In this document: piece by piece, positions 20,299-29,176 of the stretch
Layout of the letters: the number at the start of each line of letters is the position of its first letter
How positions within the stretch are numbered: position 1 is the stretch's first letter
Assembly: GCA_965248835.1 (NCBI GenBank)
Contig: CBDFLJ010000002.1
Coordinates: 2,368,001-2,432,000 of the forward strand
Reading direction: 5' to 3'
DNA: 64,000 nt
From: Alphaproteobacteria bacterium
GTDB taxonomy: Bacteria > Pseudomonadota > Alphaproteobacteria > MPNO01
Notes under the pieces: generated by a model
Seen by the model: only the letters and a program-made list of their open reading frames with translations
Told to the model about the DNA's origin: nothing
The model's database searches: none
Program-made: the position numbers and the translations under genes

Positions 20299-20385
20299 AT
20301 GGCGCGGATCGGTTACGCTCGGGTCAGCTCCCGCGATCAGGATCTGAGCATCCAGCTCGACGCGCTGGAAAATGCTGGTTTAGAA
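20299..20385 (+). pseudogene. Serine resolvase N-terminal stub
   Basis: MARIGYARVSSRDQDLSIQLDALENAG. Confidence 0.8.
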
Positions 20386-20444
20386 ACAAATCCCAGGTCA
20401 TTGGGAGCCATCCATCGTGGGGAATGTAAATTAATAGAGATTGG

Positions 20445-21076
20445 GTGATCCCCATCATTAGGAACAACAAAGGATATGAGAAATTACCAATATTTCTCAT
20501 GGGTTCTCTTTACATAGACTTTGAAGATGAGCTTCTTTACGAGAAAACTACGAAGAACTCCTTCGATCATTGTTGGATGAGCCTGTCCTGCCGATACCTC
20601 CGCTTGGGGAAAACCCATTTAAAACTGTAAGACAGTTCACCAATGAGAAATTCTTGCCCAATTCCGAAAAATACGTATCACCAGAAACTACGGGTAGAGT
20701 TACTTTCGACTATTCCAACAACAACGGAAGGTACTGCATTGGATCTGGAGAGTTAATGTTTGACATAAATTGGTCCAAGTCCAGTGATCATAACATTCAA
20801 CTTCTCAGTGATCCAGATAGTATCGACACTGTTGCAGTGGTCAAAGACAAGAATCAGATAAGAGAAATAGACGACGCGCGGACTTACGACAATTCTTCTA
20901 GGATTCGCCGTCCCAAGGTTGAACAGATTGCAGTGTTAAGGAACGCGAACGGGTTTTTTGCAGCAATAAAGGTCATAAGTATTAAGGATGACAACCGTGG
21001 TAGTCCATTCGATGAGATTACCTTCGACTATGTTATCCAGACCAATCGATCACCAAGCTTTGTCGGAAGCGCCTGA
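20445..21076 (+). pseudogene. AT-rich TIR/SEFIR-type protein remnant (5'-truncated, frameshift near 20547)
   Basis: IPIIRNN...KLPIFL...YIDFED.../YEELLRSLLDEPVLPIPPLGENP then a 150-aa domain (FDYSNNNG...SSRIR). Confidence 0.6.
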
Positions 21077-21271
21077 CCGCTATTTGAGTCCGTTTGTTGA
21101 TTCACATGCTCAAGAAGAGCTTGTACAGAGCGACGAGCCGTGCAAGTTGTCCCGTTCCTAAAACGGAGCCAAGCGACCACCTCTGCACCATACCTTGGCG
21201 TTCGTCTATGATGGGGAATGGCCCAGTTTACTGGATTCGGTCTAAACATGCACTGTTGGAATGCGGATCCA

Positions 21272-21648
21272 GACTCAAGCCCCTCCCCTTCATGATCAAC
21301 CGCGCGCCATAGATAATGTGTCTCGCCGTTGATCCGGACAAACACCTCATCAAGGTGCCAGGGCCAGTTCGAACACGAGTGATGATGAACCCGGCGCTTG
21401 CCGATCACCGCGGCAAACAGCGGACCGAAGCGGTGCCACCGGAACCGCACCGTCTCGTGACAGACGTCGATGCCGCGCTCGAACGGCAGATCTTCGACCT
21501 GTCTCCGCGGCAACGGGCAGCGGACACACATCATCACCGCGAGGCGGACGACCTCGGACGAACTATTGAAATAACGGAGGGGATTTCGCATCCGGCAAAA
21601 CTATGGATGCCCCATCTGCCCATCAATCCATTTTTGTCTGACAACGCC
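21272..21648 (-). mobile_element. IS6-family left part, truncated
   Basis: IR GGCGTTGTCAGAC at 21648; ERGIDVCHETVR, WHLDEVFVRINGETHYLWRAVD. Confidence 0.88.
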
Positions 21649-21649
21649 T

Positions 21650-21780
21650 CTGGATATGGTGTTCGATCCGGCGGCCAGAATATACGCTCTCGACCTCGGC
21701 CGGGTTGTTGCGTCCGGGGATTCGAACGCGATCCGCGGCAACGCGGCCGTCGCCGCATCCTGTCTCGGTCAGCTACGCGG
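21650..21780 (+). pseudogene. Branched-chain amino acid ABC ATPase C-terminal stub
   Basis: DMVF...RIYALDLGRVVASGD...NAAVAASCLG. Confidence 0.6.
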
Positions 21781-21827
21781 ATGCGCCGCGTGCGACCGGG
21801 CTTATCAACCCGATGGGAGATCATGCG

Positions 21828-22259
21828 ATGAGACTCAAGGAAGTCAGCATGGTGGCTTCTGACTGCGACCGAACGGCGGCTTTGCTGGCGCGGCTTCTGG
21901 ACTGCGAGGCGTCGCCGGCGGTGGTGTGCCCCGATCCGCCCGTCCAATCGCGGTTTGCAAGTCTGCGGTGCGGCGACGCAACGCTCGCCGTCATGGAGAG
22001 CACCGCATCCGGCAGTCCGATCGATCGCTTTGTCGGCGCGCGGGGCGAGGGTCTGTTCTCGATCACGTTCGAGGTCGATGACATCGACGCGGCGATGGCG
22101 CATTTTCGCGCGTGCGGCGCAGAGTTCGTGTGCGAGGAACCGGTTCGACTCGCGGACTATTCCACCGGGTTTGACACGTATCGGGAGTGCCTGGTCAACT
22201 TCACGCATCCCCGGTCGACGGCGCGGATCCTGATCGAGCTGCAGGAGCTCCGCAAATAG
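21828..22259 (+). CDS. VOC family (methylmalonyl-CoA epimerase-like) protein
   Basis: SPIDRFVGARGEGLFSITFEVDDI, FTHPRS...LIELQE. Confidence 0.82.
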   Translation: MRLKEVSMVASDCDRTAALLARLLDCEASPAVVCPDPPVQSRFASLRCGDATLAVMESTASGSPIDRFVGARGEGLFSITFEVDDIDAAMAHFRACGAEFVCEEPVRLADYSTGFDTYRECLVNFTHPRSTARILIELQELRK

Positions 22260-22300
22260 CCGCGGACCCGCGCGCCGGAGAAAAGAGTAGCGAGGACGCC

Positions 22301-24337
22301 GTGACCAGATCGTTTTGCCGTGTCTGCGAACTAGGCTGCGGCTCGAGGGTCGAGATCGACGGCGAGATCGTCACCGTCGTCCCCGACCCGCAAAACCCCT
22401 ATTCCAAGGGCTATTTTTGCATCAAGGGGCGCTGGGCGGGGGCCGTCGAGACGGATCCGGCGCGGTTGGATTCGCCCCTGCTTCGTCGCAACGGACAGCT
22501 CGGCCCGGCTTCCTGGACGGAGGCGATCGACACGATCGGCGCGAATTTGCGCGACGTCGCCGCACAGTACGGTTCCCGGTCGATCGCCGTGTTCTCGGGG
22601 AACTCGGCGGCCTATTCGGGGCATATGAGCCTCGCTGTTCGCAACCTGATGGCCGGGCTCGGCACCGACACGCTGTTCACGTCGTTCACGGTCGACTGCG
22701 TCGCCCGCTATCACGTCGCCGCCGAGGCCCTGAACCTGATGTATGCGGTCCCCGTTCCGTTTTACGACGCGGTTCCCGGCATGCTCCTGATGGGCTCGAA
22801 CGCGACCGTAAGCCAGTGGAGCCCCGCCGGAAGCACACCCGGCGGCGCCAAGGTGGCGCGCGACCTCCGTGCGCGCGGCGGTTGGCTCGGCGTTGTCGAC
22901 CCCGTCCGTCATCAGGTCGCCGATCTGGCCGACGACCATCTGGCCATACGCCCGGGAACCGACGCCGTCTTTCTCGCCGGGTTGCTGTCGTTCGTATGGA
23001 ACGGGGGCCATGTCGCGCGCGACTATGTGGACAGACACTGCCTCGGTCTGGAAGACGTCGCGGCGGCGTGCGGCGAATGGAGCCCGAAAGATATTGCATC
23101 GGCCTGCGGGCTCGAAGCCGCGGACGTCATGCGGGTGTTCGAGCAAGTGGTCGCGCGTCCGGCCGTGGTGCTCGATCGTTCAGGCCTGAGCATGGCGCCG
23201 AACGCCACCGTCACCGCCGGTCTCGCCCTGGCGGTCAACGCATCGCTGGGCCGTCTCGATGTTGCTGACGGGCTGTTCGTCCCCGACTATTCGCCGGTTC
23301 GCGGGAGAGCGATTCGCGGACGGCCCGACGGCGCACGATACGGAAGGGAATGGCCGAGCGCGCTGTTGGCGACGGCGATCCTTGGCGGAGAGTCTTCTCG
23401 AACCGCGCCCGATCTCCCCGAGGTCAGGGCGCTCATCGTGGTCGGCGGCAACCCGGCGCGCAGCCTGCCCAATTCCGGGCGCGTCGCGGAAGCCCTGTCG
23501 GCACTCGACCTGCTGGTGGTCGTCGACATATTTCCCACCGATACGACGCGCCTGGCGCACGCGGTGCTGCCCGGCAGCGGCCATTACCAGCGCGCCGATT
23601 TCAACCTGGTGAGCGCCGGACTCACGCCCGAGCGCTATCGAATTTGGACCGAAGCCGCCCTGCCGCTCCGCCGGGGCCAACGCGAGGAGTTGTGGATCGC
23701 GGACCGCCTCGCTGCGGCGTTCAACGGGGCGGATGTCGACCGGCAGCCCGAGACATTCCGCGATGCCTTGGCGAGCTGGGGAGAGGCGGCGCCGGGTTGG
23801 GCGGGTGGCGTCGTCAGCGTCAAGCGATGCGGCAGGTATCTGGAGGAGGGCTTTCCGACGCCCTCCGGCCGCATCGAGTTCGATCGCCCCTGGACCGGAG
23901 GGATAGGCGCCGCCCTGCGATCGGCATGCGCGACGGCGCCGAAGGACCGGGGCGTGCTCGCCGTCGCCGGCCGTCGACTTTCCCATGCCGTCAACTCGTT
24001 TCTTCACAACATCCCGGAAGCTGCCGCACGGGGGAATCCCGCCGTCATCTCGCCGGGCGATGCGCGGGCTCTGGGATTGAATGCGGGAGAACGGGTGCGT
24101 CTCGACGGACCGGGCGGCACCACCGAGGCGGTGCTCGCCGTGAGCGCTCGCGTGCCCGATGGCTCGATCGTGCTGTCCCACGGGTGGGGCCACGACGATC
24201 CGGACGGGACGTCCCACGCCGGGAAGCGATCGGGAGCCAACGCAAACGCGCTTACAAGCGATGTCGATATCGACCCGTTCTGCGGCATGCCGGTCTTTCA
24301 GAGCCATGTCGTGCGAATTGGCAAGATGGCCGGGTGA
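22301..24337 (+). CDS. Molybdopterin-dependent oxidoreductase (DMSOR superfamily, cytoplasmic)
   Basis: CRVCELGC...CIKG 4Fe-4S motif, IRPGTD, GGNP, AHAVLP, C-terminal dinucleotide-binding domain; no Tat signal. Confidence 0.9.
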   Translation: MTRSFCRVCELGCGSRVEIDGEIVTVVPDPQNPYSKGYFCIKGRWAGAVETDPARLDSPLLRRNGQLGPASWTEAIDTIGANLRDVAAQYGSRSIAVFSGNSAAYSGHMSLAVRNLMAGLGTDTLFTSFTVDCVARYHVAAEALNLMYAVPVPFYDAVPGMLLMGSNATVSQWSPAGSTPGGAKVARDLRARGGWLGVVDPVRHQVADLADDHLAIRPGTDAVFLAGLLSFVWNGGHVARDYVDRHCLGLEDVAAACGEWSPKDIASACGLEAADVMRVFEQVVARPAVVLDRSGLSMAPNATVTAGLALAVNASLGRLDVADGLFVPDYSPVRGRAIRGRPDGARYGREWPSALLATAILGGESSRTAPDLPEVRALIVVGGNPARSLPNSGRVAEALSALDLLVVVDIFPTDTTRLAHAVLPGSGHYQRADFNLVSAGLTPERYRIWTEAALPLRRGQREELWIADRLAAAFNGADVDRQPETFRDALASWGEAAPGWAGGVVSVKRCGRYLEEGFPTPSGRIEFDRPWTGGIGAALRSACATAPKDRGVLAVAGRRLSHAVNSFLHNIPEAAARGNPAVISPGDARALGLNAGERVRLDGPGGTTEAVLAVSARVPDGSIVLSHGWGHDDPDGTSHAGKRSGANANALTSDVDIDPFCGMPVFQSHVVRIGKMAG

Positions 24338-24349
24338 GGCGGCCTGGAG

Positions 24350-24410
24350 GCATTGTCAGACCAACTGGACAGGATTTGTAGAACCTGCAATCAAGCGCCT
24401 TCAGGCTGCT
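24350..24410 (-). mobile_element. IS6-family right-end remnant
   Basis: GGCATTGTCAGAC, same IR as at 32770. Confidence 0.65.
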
Positions 24411-24749
24411 TGTCTCTTCTATTTATTACATCGGCCCTCCCAACGACGGCTCGGTTTTCCGGAACGGACATCAAATTGATTAGTGGATTTTGCAATCGAC
24501 CACGAGCCAGCATCACCATGTTCATTTTTCCGGTTCGTGCCAGCGAACACTGTGCAAGGGCATGCGGATGCTGGCTGCGTCCATGTTGCCGCAGAGAGAA
24601 ATTGATCGAAGCCCAGCGGAGATAGTCAGGTCGCGAGACGCTCGTAACGATGATGCAGGCCACCGACCTTGGGCAGGGAAACAACCTTTCCGGGACTGGC
24701 CGGCTGAACGGGTCGTCCATACGGGTTGTCCTTGCCGAGCGACAAGTGG

Positions 24750-24874
24750 GTTCAAGCCCCACAGGCGCAGCAGCAACAGGAAGATCGATTCAAGGGAATA
24801 CTGGCAGCCTGAACTTCAACCGGAATACACCTTAGCCCGGCCGCCAGGCTGTCCGAAAAGGTGGAGCCACCTCA
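24750..24874 (+). mobile_element. IS3-family right-end remnant
   Basis: Homologous to reverse complement of 36140-36267; ends GGTGGAGCCACCTCA; starts at GTTCAAG. Confidence 0.85.
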
Positions 24875-25043
24875 GATTTTGTGCATGCCGGAAAAGGTAT
24901 CCGGTGGTGATGCGAAATTCCAAGGTTTCTAAGGCAGAGGAGATAAATGGGAGGGACAGGACCCGGGGAATGCGGAATTCTTCGCGGATTACGGCCCGGA
25001 CATCAAGCCGTCGAGACGCGACCCCGCCTACCGGCGATGACGC

Positions 25044-25229
25044 TCAATCGGGATCGTCGGTCTTCCGTTTGGTCTCGGGGAACAGCCACACGGCAATCAC
25101 CATGAACGCGCCGAGGCCGGCGGCCAGCCATTTCAGAAAGACCCCCCCGGCGTTGTGTTCGAACCAGAAGGCCCCGCAGGCAATCAGCACCACGACAACG
25201 GTAAGCGCCGCGCGAATATTGTTGGGCAT
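25044..25229 (-). CDS. Small 2-TM membrane protein (61 aa)
   Basis: Purine-rich RBS, two hydrophobic helices, divergent from panB-like gene. Confidence 0.65.
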   Translation of the reverse strand: MPNNIRAALTVVVVLIACGAFWFEHNAGGVFLKWLAAGLGAFMVIAVWLFPETKRKTDDPD

Positions 25230-25322
25230 CGCCCTGCCCTTCCCCTCGATCGCCCATCCGCCCCGGCGACGGAGCGCCACGGCACATCATTGCCTCTCAA
25301 GGCGAAATCCGTCGCCGACACA

Positions 25323-25378
25323 TTGACGGGTTCGATACGCTCCACCAAGATAGTACTTAATATATCACAGATAGATCA
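25323..25378 (+). promoter_or_regulatory. Putative promoter with two GntR-type operator-like sites
   Basis: TTGACG at 25323; TAATATATCA 25358-25367 and AGATAGATCA 25369-25378. Confidence 0.6.
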
Positions 25379-25394
25379 ATGGAAAGCGGACGTC

Positions 25395-26273
25395 ATGGCA
25401 CAGACCGGCGAGACGGAAAGGAAGAAGCGGACCATCACCGAGATCCGGGAATCCAAGACCACCGGCGAGAAAATGGTCTACATGTCCGTGCCGGACTACA
25501 CCTCGGCGAGATGGGCGGAAATGGGCGGTGTCGATGTCGCCGTCGTCGGCGACAGCCTGGCGATGGTCGCCCACGGACATCCCAATACCGTACCGGCGAC
25601 CATGGAAATGATGATCATGCATTCGTTGGCGGTACGCCGCGGCGCCCCCAACACCTTCGTGCTGGGCTGTATGCCCTATCAGAGCTACAACACGGTCGAC
25701 CGGGCCCTGGTGAATGCGACCCGCTTCATGCAGGAGGCGGGGGCCGACGCGGTCAAACCCCAGGGAGGCAAGAGCCAGGCGCATGTTCTGCGGGCGCTGG
25801 TGGATTCCGGTATTCCGACCGCGTCCCATATTGGCCTGACGCCGCATACCGTGGCGGTGTTCGGCGGCTTCAGGATACAGGGCCGGACGGCGGTCGCGGC
25901 GATGAAGATTCTGGAGGACGCGCTGGCCATCGAGGATGCGGGGTGCTTCATGCTGGAGTTCGAGGCGGTGCCCGCCAAGATCGCCAGGCTGATCTCCGAA
26001 CAGCTGGAAATCCCCACCATCGGGATAGGCGCCGGAGCGGGGACGGACGGCCAGATACTCCTGTGCTATGATCTGCTCGGCGTATTCACCGACTTCAAGC
26101 CGAAATTCACCAAGCGATACACCAATCTGACCGAGGTCGCGGTGCGGGGAATATCGCAATACGCGAGCGAAGTCAGGGGAGGCGTCTTTCCGGACGATGA
26201 TCACAGCTATGGCGTCGACGATACCGAGTTCGAAGCTTTTGCGGCGATGGTGGAAAAGCGCCGCCAGATCTGA
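25395..26273 (+). CDS. panB: Ketopantoate hydroxymethyltransferase-like protein (divergent PanB homolog)
   Basis: VGDSLAM, HIGLTP, PTIGIGAG, DGQIL, PKF; atypical GCMPY and VKPQGG. Confidence 0.85.
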   Translation: MAQTGETERKKRTITEIRESKTTGEKMVYMSVPDYTSARWAEMGGVDVAVVGDSLAMVAHGHPNTVPATMEMMIMHSLAVRRGAPNTFVLGCMPYQSYNTVDRALVNATRFMQEAGADAVKPQGGKSQAHVLRALVDSGIPTASHIGLTPHTVAVFGGFRIQGRTAVAAMKILEDALAIEDAGCFMLEFEAVPAKIARLISEQLEIPTIGIGAGAGTDGQILLCYDLLGVFTDFKPKFTKRYTNLTEVAVRGISQYASEVRGGVFPDDDHSYGVDDTEFEAFAAMVEKRRQI

Positions 26274-26366
26274 TCCACCCGCCCTGTCGTCCGACCCCGG
26301 CGGCACCCGAAGCTGTCATGGCGACGATCGATCCGGCCCGGTCCGGCCCGGTCCGACGTTGACACC

Positions 26367-27041
26367 GTGAAGCACGCATCGGCGACCCTGACCGACCGCG
26401 CCTATGATCGGCTGGAAGAGTCGATCGTCACATTGCGGCTGCAACCCGGCTCCGTGCTGTCGGAAAGCGCGCTTGCCGCCGATCTCGGTTTCGGTCGCAC
26501 ACCGATCCGCGAGGCGCTGCAACGTCTCGCGCGCGAGGGGCTGGTCGTCATCCTTCCGCGGAAGGGAATCCTCGTCTCCGACATCAATCCGCGCAACCAG
26601 CTCCTGCTCCTGGAAGTCCGGCGGGAATTGGAAAGACTGATCGCACGCAAAGGCGCGCTTCGCCGCACGGAGGAAGAACGTCTGCAGTTTCTCGAAATCG
26701 CCGACGGGATGGAGAAGGCATCGCGCGAGAACGACGACATCGCGTTCATGCGATACGACCAGGCCCTCAATCAACTCCAAGCCCAGGCGTCGCACAACGA
26801 ATACGCGCAGCGCGCCATGGGTCAGACGCATGGGCTGTCCAGACGCTTCTGGTACATGCACTACAGGGAGGCGGCGGATCTGCCGCTCTGCGCCAGGCTG
26901 CATGCCGAGCTCGCCCGCAGCATCGCCGAAGGCGACCCGGATGCGGCGGGACGGGCCGCCGATCGTCTGATCGACTATGTGGAAGAATTCACCCGCGCGA
27001 CCCTGGACTCGGTATCGCCGGGCCGCGCGGTCGGGAGGTGA
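26367..27041 (+). CDS. GntR family regulator (FCD domain)
   Basis: LSESALAADLGFGRTPIREALQRL. Confidence 0.93.
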   Translation: MKHASATLTDRAYDRLEESIVTLRLQPGSVLSESALAADLGFGRTPIREALQRLAREGLVVILPRKGILVSDINPRNQLLLLEVRRELERLIARKGALRRTEEERLQFLEIADGMEKASRENDDIAFMRYDQALNQLQAQASHNEYAQRAMGQTHGLSRRFWYMHYREAADLPLCARLHAELARSIAEGDPDAAGRAADRLIDYVEEFTRATLDSVSPGRAVGR

Positions 27042-27068
27042 GAGCACCCTCGCCCGGCGCGGGCCAGC

Positions 27069-27113
27069 TTTACAAGCGTTCCCGGCCGGGATAGCATACC
27101 AGAGATATATCAG
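27069..27113 (+). promoter_or_regulatory. Putative promoter plus GntR-type operator
   Basis: TTTACA-N17-TAGCAT followed by AGATATATCAG (27103-27113). Confidence 0.65.
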
Positions 27114-27125
27114 AGTGACGGCGCG

Positions 27126-27470
27126 ATGAAGGTCTATTCCGGCTCCCGGACCATCGACGGCATCGTGGTGCTGGTCGACGGCAAACCGCTCGATTGCCGC
27201 TATGGCTTGAAGAGATTCACGACAACCGGATTCGAATGGACCTATGAGGGCGCCGGGCCCGCCCAGCTCTCATTGGCCTTGCTGGCCGACCATCTGGATG
27301 ACGACGGAAAAGCCCTGGATCTTTGCCGGAATTTCATGCGCTCCGTCGTGGCCAATTTGGAGAACGACTGGGAGTTGACGGGCGACGACATCGACCGGGC
27401 CCTCGAGACCCTCGGGGACCGGAGTTCGGTAAAGACGCAACAAACCAATGAAGGGAGGAGCACATCATGA
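27126..27470 (+). CDS. DUF6166-like conserved hypothetical protein
   Basis: GFEWTYEGAGPAQLSLALLAD motif. Confidence 0.75.
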   Translation: MKVYSGSRTIDGIVVLVDGKPLDCRYGLKRFTTTGFEWTYEGAGPAQLSLALLADHLDDDGKALDLCRNFMRSVVANLENDWELTGDDIDRALETLGDRSSVKTQQTNEGRSTS

Positions 27471-28528
27471 CCCTTACACGAATTCATGCCCGGCTGGCCG
27501 CGGCGGCGGTTTTAGCGCTTGCCGTGACCGCGGCGCAGTCGGCCTTCGCCGCCGGCGAGCACAAGTGGAAATTGGCCGCAAGCTGGGGCGGCGGGCCGCT
27601 GATGAAGATCGGCGCCGAGGCCGTGGCCAAGAAGATCGACTTCCTGACCGAGGGCCGCATCAAGGTGCGGGTCTTCCCGTCCGGACAACTGTCCAAGGGG
27701 TTGGATGTCCGCAGCGCCGTCGCCAAAGGTGTGGCCGAGGCGGGTCACACCTGGATGGGCTATGACTGGGGCAAGGACAAGACAACCGTGCTGTTCGGCG
27801 GCTATGCCGGCGCCATGGATTCGGAACGCATGCTGCACTGGATCTATGAGGGCGGCGGGCTGGAGATGTGGCAGGAATTCAGCCAGGAGCGCTTCGGGCT
27901 CGTCTCTTTTCCGTGTTTCACCCGTACCGCTGAAGCCTTTCTGCACTCTCGCAAGGCGGTGAAGACCCTCGCCGATCTCAAGGGTCTCAAATTCCGGACG
28001 GCGGGCGCCTGGCTTGAGATTTCCAAGGGTCTCGGCGCGGCTCCGGTCACCATGCCGGGCGGCGAGGTCTACACCTCCCTGGAGCGCGGCACGATCGATG
28101 CCACGGAATGGGGCACGCTTTACGAGAATATCTCGTCCGGCTTTCACAAGATCGCCAAATACGTGATCATTCCCGGCATTCACCAACCGACCGCGCCCTT
28201 CGAGCTGGTCATCAACCAGAAGGCCTGGGCCAAGATCTCCGACCGGGACAAGCAGCTCGTGGCGCTCGCGGCCAAGCTGGTCACCTTCGAAAGCTGGACG
28301 CGGATCGGCCACGAGGACGCCAAGGCTCTCGACTTCTACAAGAAGCAGGGCAACGAGATCATCGTGCTCGACGCCGACGTCCAGCGGCAGGCGAAAAAGC
28401 TGTCGATCGCCTGGGCGCAGAAGCAGGCCAAGACCAACCCCTGGTTTGACAAGGTCCTGAAGAGCCAGCTGGCCTTCGAGCAGCTGTGGCGGGACGCGTC
28501 GCATTATCGCAACGTGATCTCCGACTAG
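27467..28528 (+). CDS. dctP: TRAP substrate-binding protein (DctP)
   Basis: Signal peptide, DLKGLKFR, PGGEVYTSLERGTIDATEW, PGIHQP. Confidence 0.93.
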   Translation: MTLTRIHARLAAAAVLALAVTAAQSAFAAGEHKWKLAASWGGGPLMKIGAEAVAKKIDFLTEGRIKVRVFPSGQLSKGLDVRSAVAKGVAEAGHTWMGYDWGKDKTTVLFGGYAGAMDSERMLHWIYEGGGLEMWQEFSQERFGLVSFPCFTRTAEAFLHSRKAVKTLADLKGLKFRTAGAWLEISKGLGAAPVTMPGGEVYTSLERGTIDATEWGTLYENISSGFHKIAKYVIIPGIHQPTAPFELVINQKAWAKISDRDKQLVALAAKLVTFESWTRIGHEDAKALDFYKKQGNEIIVLDADVQRQAKKLSIAWAQKQAKTNPWFDKVLKSQLAFEQLWRDASHYRNVISD

Positions 28529-28547
28529 CCCCGTCACCGCCAACGGT

Positions 28548-28582
28548 CGAGGAAGGTCGCGGCCCGCGCCGCGCCTTCCTCG
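28548..28582 (+). other. Strong stem-loop between dctP and dctQ
   Basis: CGAGGAAGG(T)CGCGGC / GCCGCGCCTTCCTCG; no U tract. Confidence 0.65.
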
Positions 28583-28651
28583 TCGACCCCGCCGGCTGAA
28601 GCTCCGGCCGACCGCGACGATGTCACGCTCAGGCGCGGGGGCGCTGCGATC

Positions 28652-29176
28652 ATGATGGCAATGGTTCGCCTCATCGACCGGGTGAACGGGTTGTCCGGCG
28701 TCATTGTCGCCTGGGTCGTGTTCCCCCTGATACTCGCGAGCTGCTTCGAGGTCTTTTCCCGCTATGCGCTGAACGCGCCGACGATATGGGCGTTCGAGCT
28801 GGGTTACATGGCAATGGGGACCCATGCCCTGATCGGCGCCGCTTATACGCTGCGGGAAGGCGGCCATATCCGCATCGACGTGCTCTACAGCCACTTTCCC
28901 GACAAGACCAAGGCGGTCGTCGACACGGCCGGGTATCTGCTGCTGTTTCTCCCGGTGGTCTGCTGGGTGAGCTACGGTCTTTGGGACTATTGGGTCGAGG
29001 CCTATGTCGACAACGACCATTCGGGACAATCCGCCTGGAACCCGGTGATCTGGCCGTTTCGTCTGGTGTTTTTCGTCGGCTATTTCCTGCTCGCGTTGCA
29101 GGGCGTGGCGGAGCTCGTCAGATGCGTTCGCGTCCTGACCGGGAAGACGCCCGAGGGGCAGCCGCCCGATGGGTGA
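28652..29176 (+). CDS. dctQ: TRAP small permease (DctQ)
   Basis: LNAPTIWAFE, GGHIRIDV. Confidence 0.92.
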   Translation: MMAMVRLIDRVNGLSGVIVAWVVFPLILASCFEVFSRYALNAPTIWAFELGYMAMGTHALIGAAYTLREGGHIRIDVLYSHFPDKTKAVVDTAGYLLLFLPVVCWVSYGLWDYWVEAYVDNDHSGQSAWNPVIWPFRLVFFVGYFLLALQGVAELVRCVRVLTGKTPEGQPPDG

